Positions 19,459 through 22,462 of a stretch of DNA of 22,462 nt are shown here, in pieces. Position 1 is the stretch's first letter; each line of letters starts with the position of its first letter. Below the pieces are notes generated by a model. That model was not told the origin of the DNA, did not search any database, and worked only from the letters and a program-made list of their open reading frames with translations. This stretch comes from Octopus sinensis (lineage: Eukaryota): assembly GCF_006345805.1 (NCBI RefSeq), contig NW_021836708.1:1-22462 (forward strand), in the 5' to 3' direction. The translations under genes were made by a program, and so were the position numbers.

Positions 19459-19835
19459 CATATATATATATAATATTATATATATATTAATATATATATA
19501 TATATATTGATGTATAATATATATATATATGTGTGTGTTGTGGTGTGGAGTGTATGTATATGTTAGTATATGAATATGTGTATATGTATGTGTGCATGTA
19601 TGTATACATTAATATACACACCCGCACGTTCACGTGACAGTATCGTAATGCCAACGCATTCATTAAACCTCTACACTTATAAAAAAACACATCCAAATAT
19701 ACATACCTATATACATGCATATCTATATACCTATATATATGTATACACACATACATACCTACGTACGTACATACATACATACATAATACATACATACATA
19801 CATACATACATACATACATACATACATACATACAT

Positions 19836-19868
<33 letters not shown>

Positions 19869-19890
19869 TACATACATATACACATATATA
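19400..19890. repeat. (TA)n/(CATA)n mosaic
   Basis: Direct inspection. Confidence 0.9.
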
Positions 19891-21149
19891 CATGGATACA
19901 TACCAATCATAGTATTGTTAGGTATTTGATTCGATTAGCAAGTAATATGAACTAACCCAGTAGATGCCATTCAACAGATGCCATGTATGATATGTCTGCA
20001 TACATTATGCTTATGCTATATAATATATACACCCGTCAACGTACATGTTTATATGCAAGTCTCATAATACCAAATTAAAAACACGCCATGTTTATGGTAC
20101 AGCAAACGGCATATGTAATCACACGATGCACAAAACACCCTTACACACACACAAACACACAAGCACACACACGCCTCACACACGCACACGCGCGCACACA
20201 CATATTTATATATATAAAAAGAAAACAAAATGGAGTCGATTTGTTTGTGGTTTGACCCACGCCCTGCACTCGATGTAAAGCCCTTTGTCGCTCATAATAC
20301 AGAACTTTCATTGTTATCCAACATCGTACACCAGCACATGCCATTTATTTATGATATATTTATATTCATTATATTCATATGTGTATATTTATTACATATA
20401 AACACACACACACATATATATATAAATGAATGTATATTTGTATATATATATATATAGAGAGAGAGAGATACGTATGTATGTATATGTATATAAATGCATA
20501 TATATATATATATATTATAACACACCACACACACATATACATAAAGATAAACTATAACACACCCTTTAAAGTAGTTATTTATGGCCAATAGTTATTATGT
20601 ATTCAGATCACATGATATCTTATGGACCAGGGTAGTTTCTCACGTGACACAGGAATACGATTTTATAACAAATAAAATAGAATTAGATTTATAATAAATT
20701 TATAACATAAAAAAATTAAAAATAACACAAACAGTCGAATTACTGTGATTTGATCCCCACCCTATTGTTTTTGCTCCGGTCGGTTTTATTTATTTATTTA
20801 TTTGTTGTTGTTTTTTTCTAGTTATATATTATACTTGTATTCTTGTACAGCTGTTAAAAAGGGAAAATAAATCTAAATGTTGAAATGTAGTGAAATTGTA
20901 GAATCTACGGAAGAAACTAATTCCACGTTGGCAAAAAAAGTATAGCTAGTCGTCACTCGCGAGCGAATATGGTTTGGTTAGAGTGTACCATGCTGTCTCT
21001 AATTGTCATAGGTGCCTATAGAGTCACGGGCAGACCGAGACAACCTCTGTCCAGTTTTCCTTGATCCAGTGGCATTTCCAGAACGTTACAGCTGGAAGGA
21101 GAAAGAACGAGAAAGAGAAGCACAGAGACAGACAGACATTTGTACAAGC

Positions 21150-21278
21150 AATTTTCGGCTAAGATTACTGGAGTAATGTGTGAACGAAGTGCCTTGCTCA
21201 AGGACATAATGTACGGCCGGGATCAATGAATTAAACTCATAACTTTATCATCGTGAGTTAAGCAATCTATCATGCCGC
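21150..21278 (-). mobile_element. Degenerate tRNA-derived SINE with a V/CORE-like motif
   Basis: Reverse complement contains tgtccttgagcaaggcacttc downstream of a decayed tRNA-like head. Confidence 0.55.
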
Positions 21279-21410
21279 AAATAATTTCAAAACAGTGAAA
21301 TACGTCTTATACTCATAGAGAAGGGGTAAGTTAAACGTTTCGGACGTTTGTCTTTTTTCAGAGACAATCAGACAGACAGACGGGCAGGCAGACAGACATC
21401 CAGATAGAAT

Positions 21411-21506
<96 letters not shown>
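21411..21506. repeat. (GATA)n microsatellite
   Basis: Direct inspection. Confidence 0.98.
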
Positions 21507-21507
<1 letters not shown>

Positions 21508-21986
21508 GAAGTGGGTGTTATCACTATCATTATGTGACATAGGTTAGGAAAACTTTGTCGGGGTAAGGGCTTAGAGGGAAACGGATAATGCCCATCACCT
21601 TTTTCAGGACCTCCAAAACTGAGGAGAAGAAAAGCGAAAACATTTCCAAAATAAGACACCTAGCTGTAATGGACCCCGCTATATTCAGTTAAGGGTCAGT
21701 TCGGAAATGATCTATCCCTTGAGAGATGGACTATTTCTATCGCCAAGAAAAGGGAAAGCTTCTATTCGTTTTCATTCAAATAAGCTGGGCGGTAGAGTGA
21801 AGGAAGTGTAACAACATGGGAACTAGACAAACTATGCGAGTGTGTTAATAAGCTACAAATATATTAAGGGGCAGTCATGCGTGGCTTCAGTATTTTTCAG
21901 GCTTCTGTGATTTCGTTGAATGGTTTCTATCGGCATGTCAACATCCAAATGTACACAGAAACGAACGCCAAATTTCCGATACCATC

Positions 21987-21999
21987 CACCACCACCACC

Positions 22000-22032
<33 letters not shown>

Positions 22033-22111
22033 GCTGTTGTTACAACTACTACTACTACAACCAACACTAATGCTACTACAACTACTGCCACAACTACTAC
22101 TACTACTACTA

Positions 22112-22144
<33 letters not shown>

Positions 22145-22354
22145 TACTACTACTACTACTACCAACACGACTATTACTACAACCAACATTACTACAACAA
22201 CCACTACTACAACTACCACAATAAACACAACTACTATAACCAATGCTGCTATTACTATTATTACAACTTCTACCACTACAAACAACACTACAGCTACTAC
22301 TACTACAAACAACACTAATGCTACCACTACTACTACTACTACCAAGATGACTAT

Positions 22355-22392
<38 letters not shown>

Positions 22393-22462
22393 TAACCAAC
22401 ATTACTACTACAACTATTACTACTACTACTGCTACTACTACTACTAACACTACTGCTGCTGC
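21987..22462. repeat. (ACC)n/(ACT)n/(ACA)n low-complexity tract
   Basis: Direct inspection. Confidence 0.95.

Noticed and set aside
21619-21650. CTGAGGA...GAAA hammerhead-like core
   Set aside because: No stem II, stem III or stem I pairing.
21877-22450. Mucin-like poly-Thr ORF and poly-Val/Tyr ORFs
   Set aside because: Translations of (ACT)n/(ACC)n microsatellite, which is common throughout this window.

Overview
AT-rich, microsatellite-saturated animal genomic DNA. The SINE families and the repeat landscape suggest an octopus or other coleoid cephalopod; this is an inference from pattern recognition, not a database result. There is no intact gene, and nearly all long ORFs in the track are translations of simple repeats. 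Readable content: about 14 copies of a tRNA-derived SINE (family A), including head-to-tail chains and two 417-bp dimers in inverted orientation; other SINE families; 3' fragments of Tx1, R4/Dong (x2), RTE-BovB-like and RTE-like non-LTR retrotransposons; a 528-bp non-autonomous Helitron; and two candidate coding exons of an unidentified minus-strand host gene. Best signals: (1) two minimal type-I hammerhead ribozymes with the same unusual architecture, one in a tRNA-head/(TAA)n/ribozyme element resembling a Pol III retrozyme; (2) a 3' tail shared by the Tx1 LINE and family-A SINEs, in a (TTA)n/(TAA)n niche that Dong uses in the opposite polarity; (3) a SINE dimer whose 17-bp target-site duplication copied a candidate 5' splice site and which can fold back on a second dimer.
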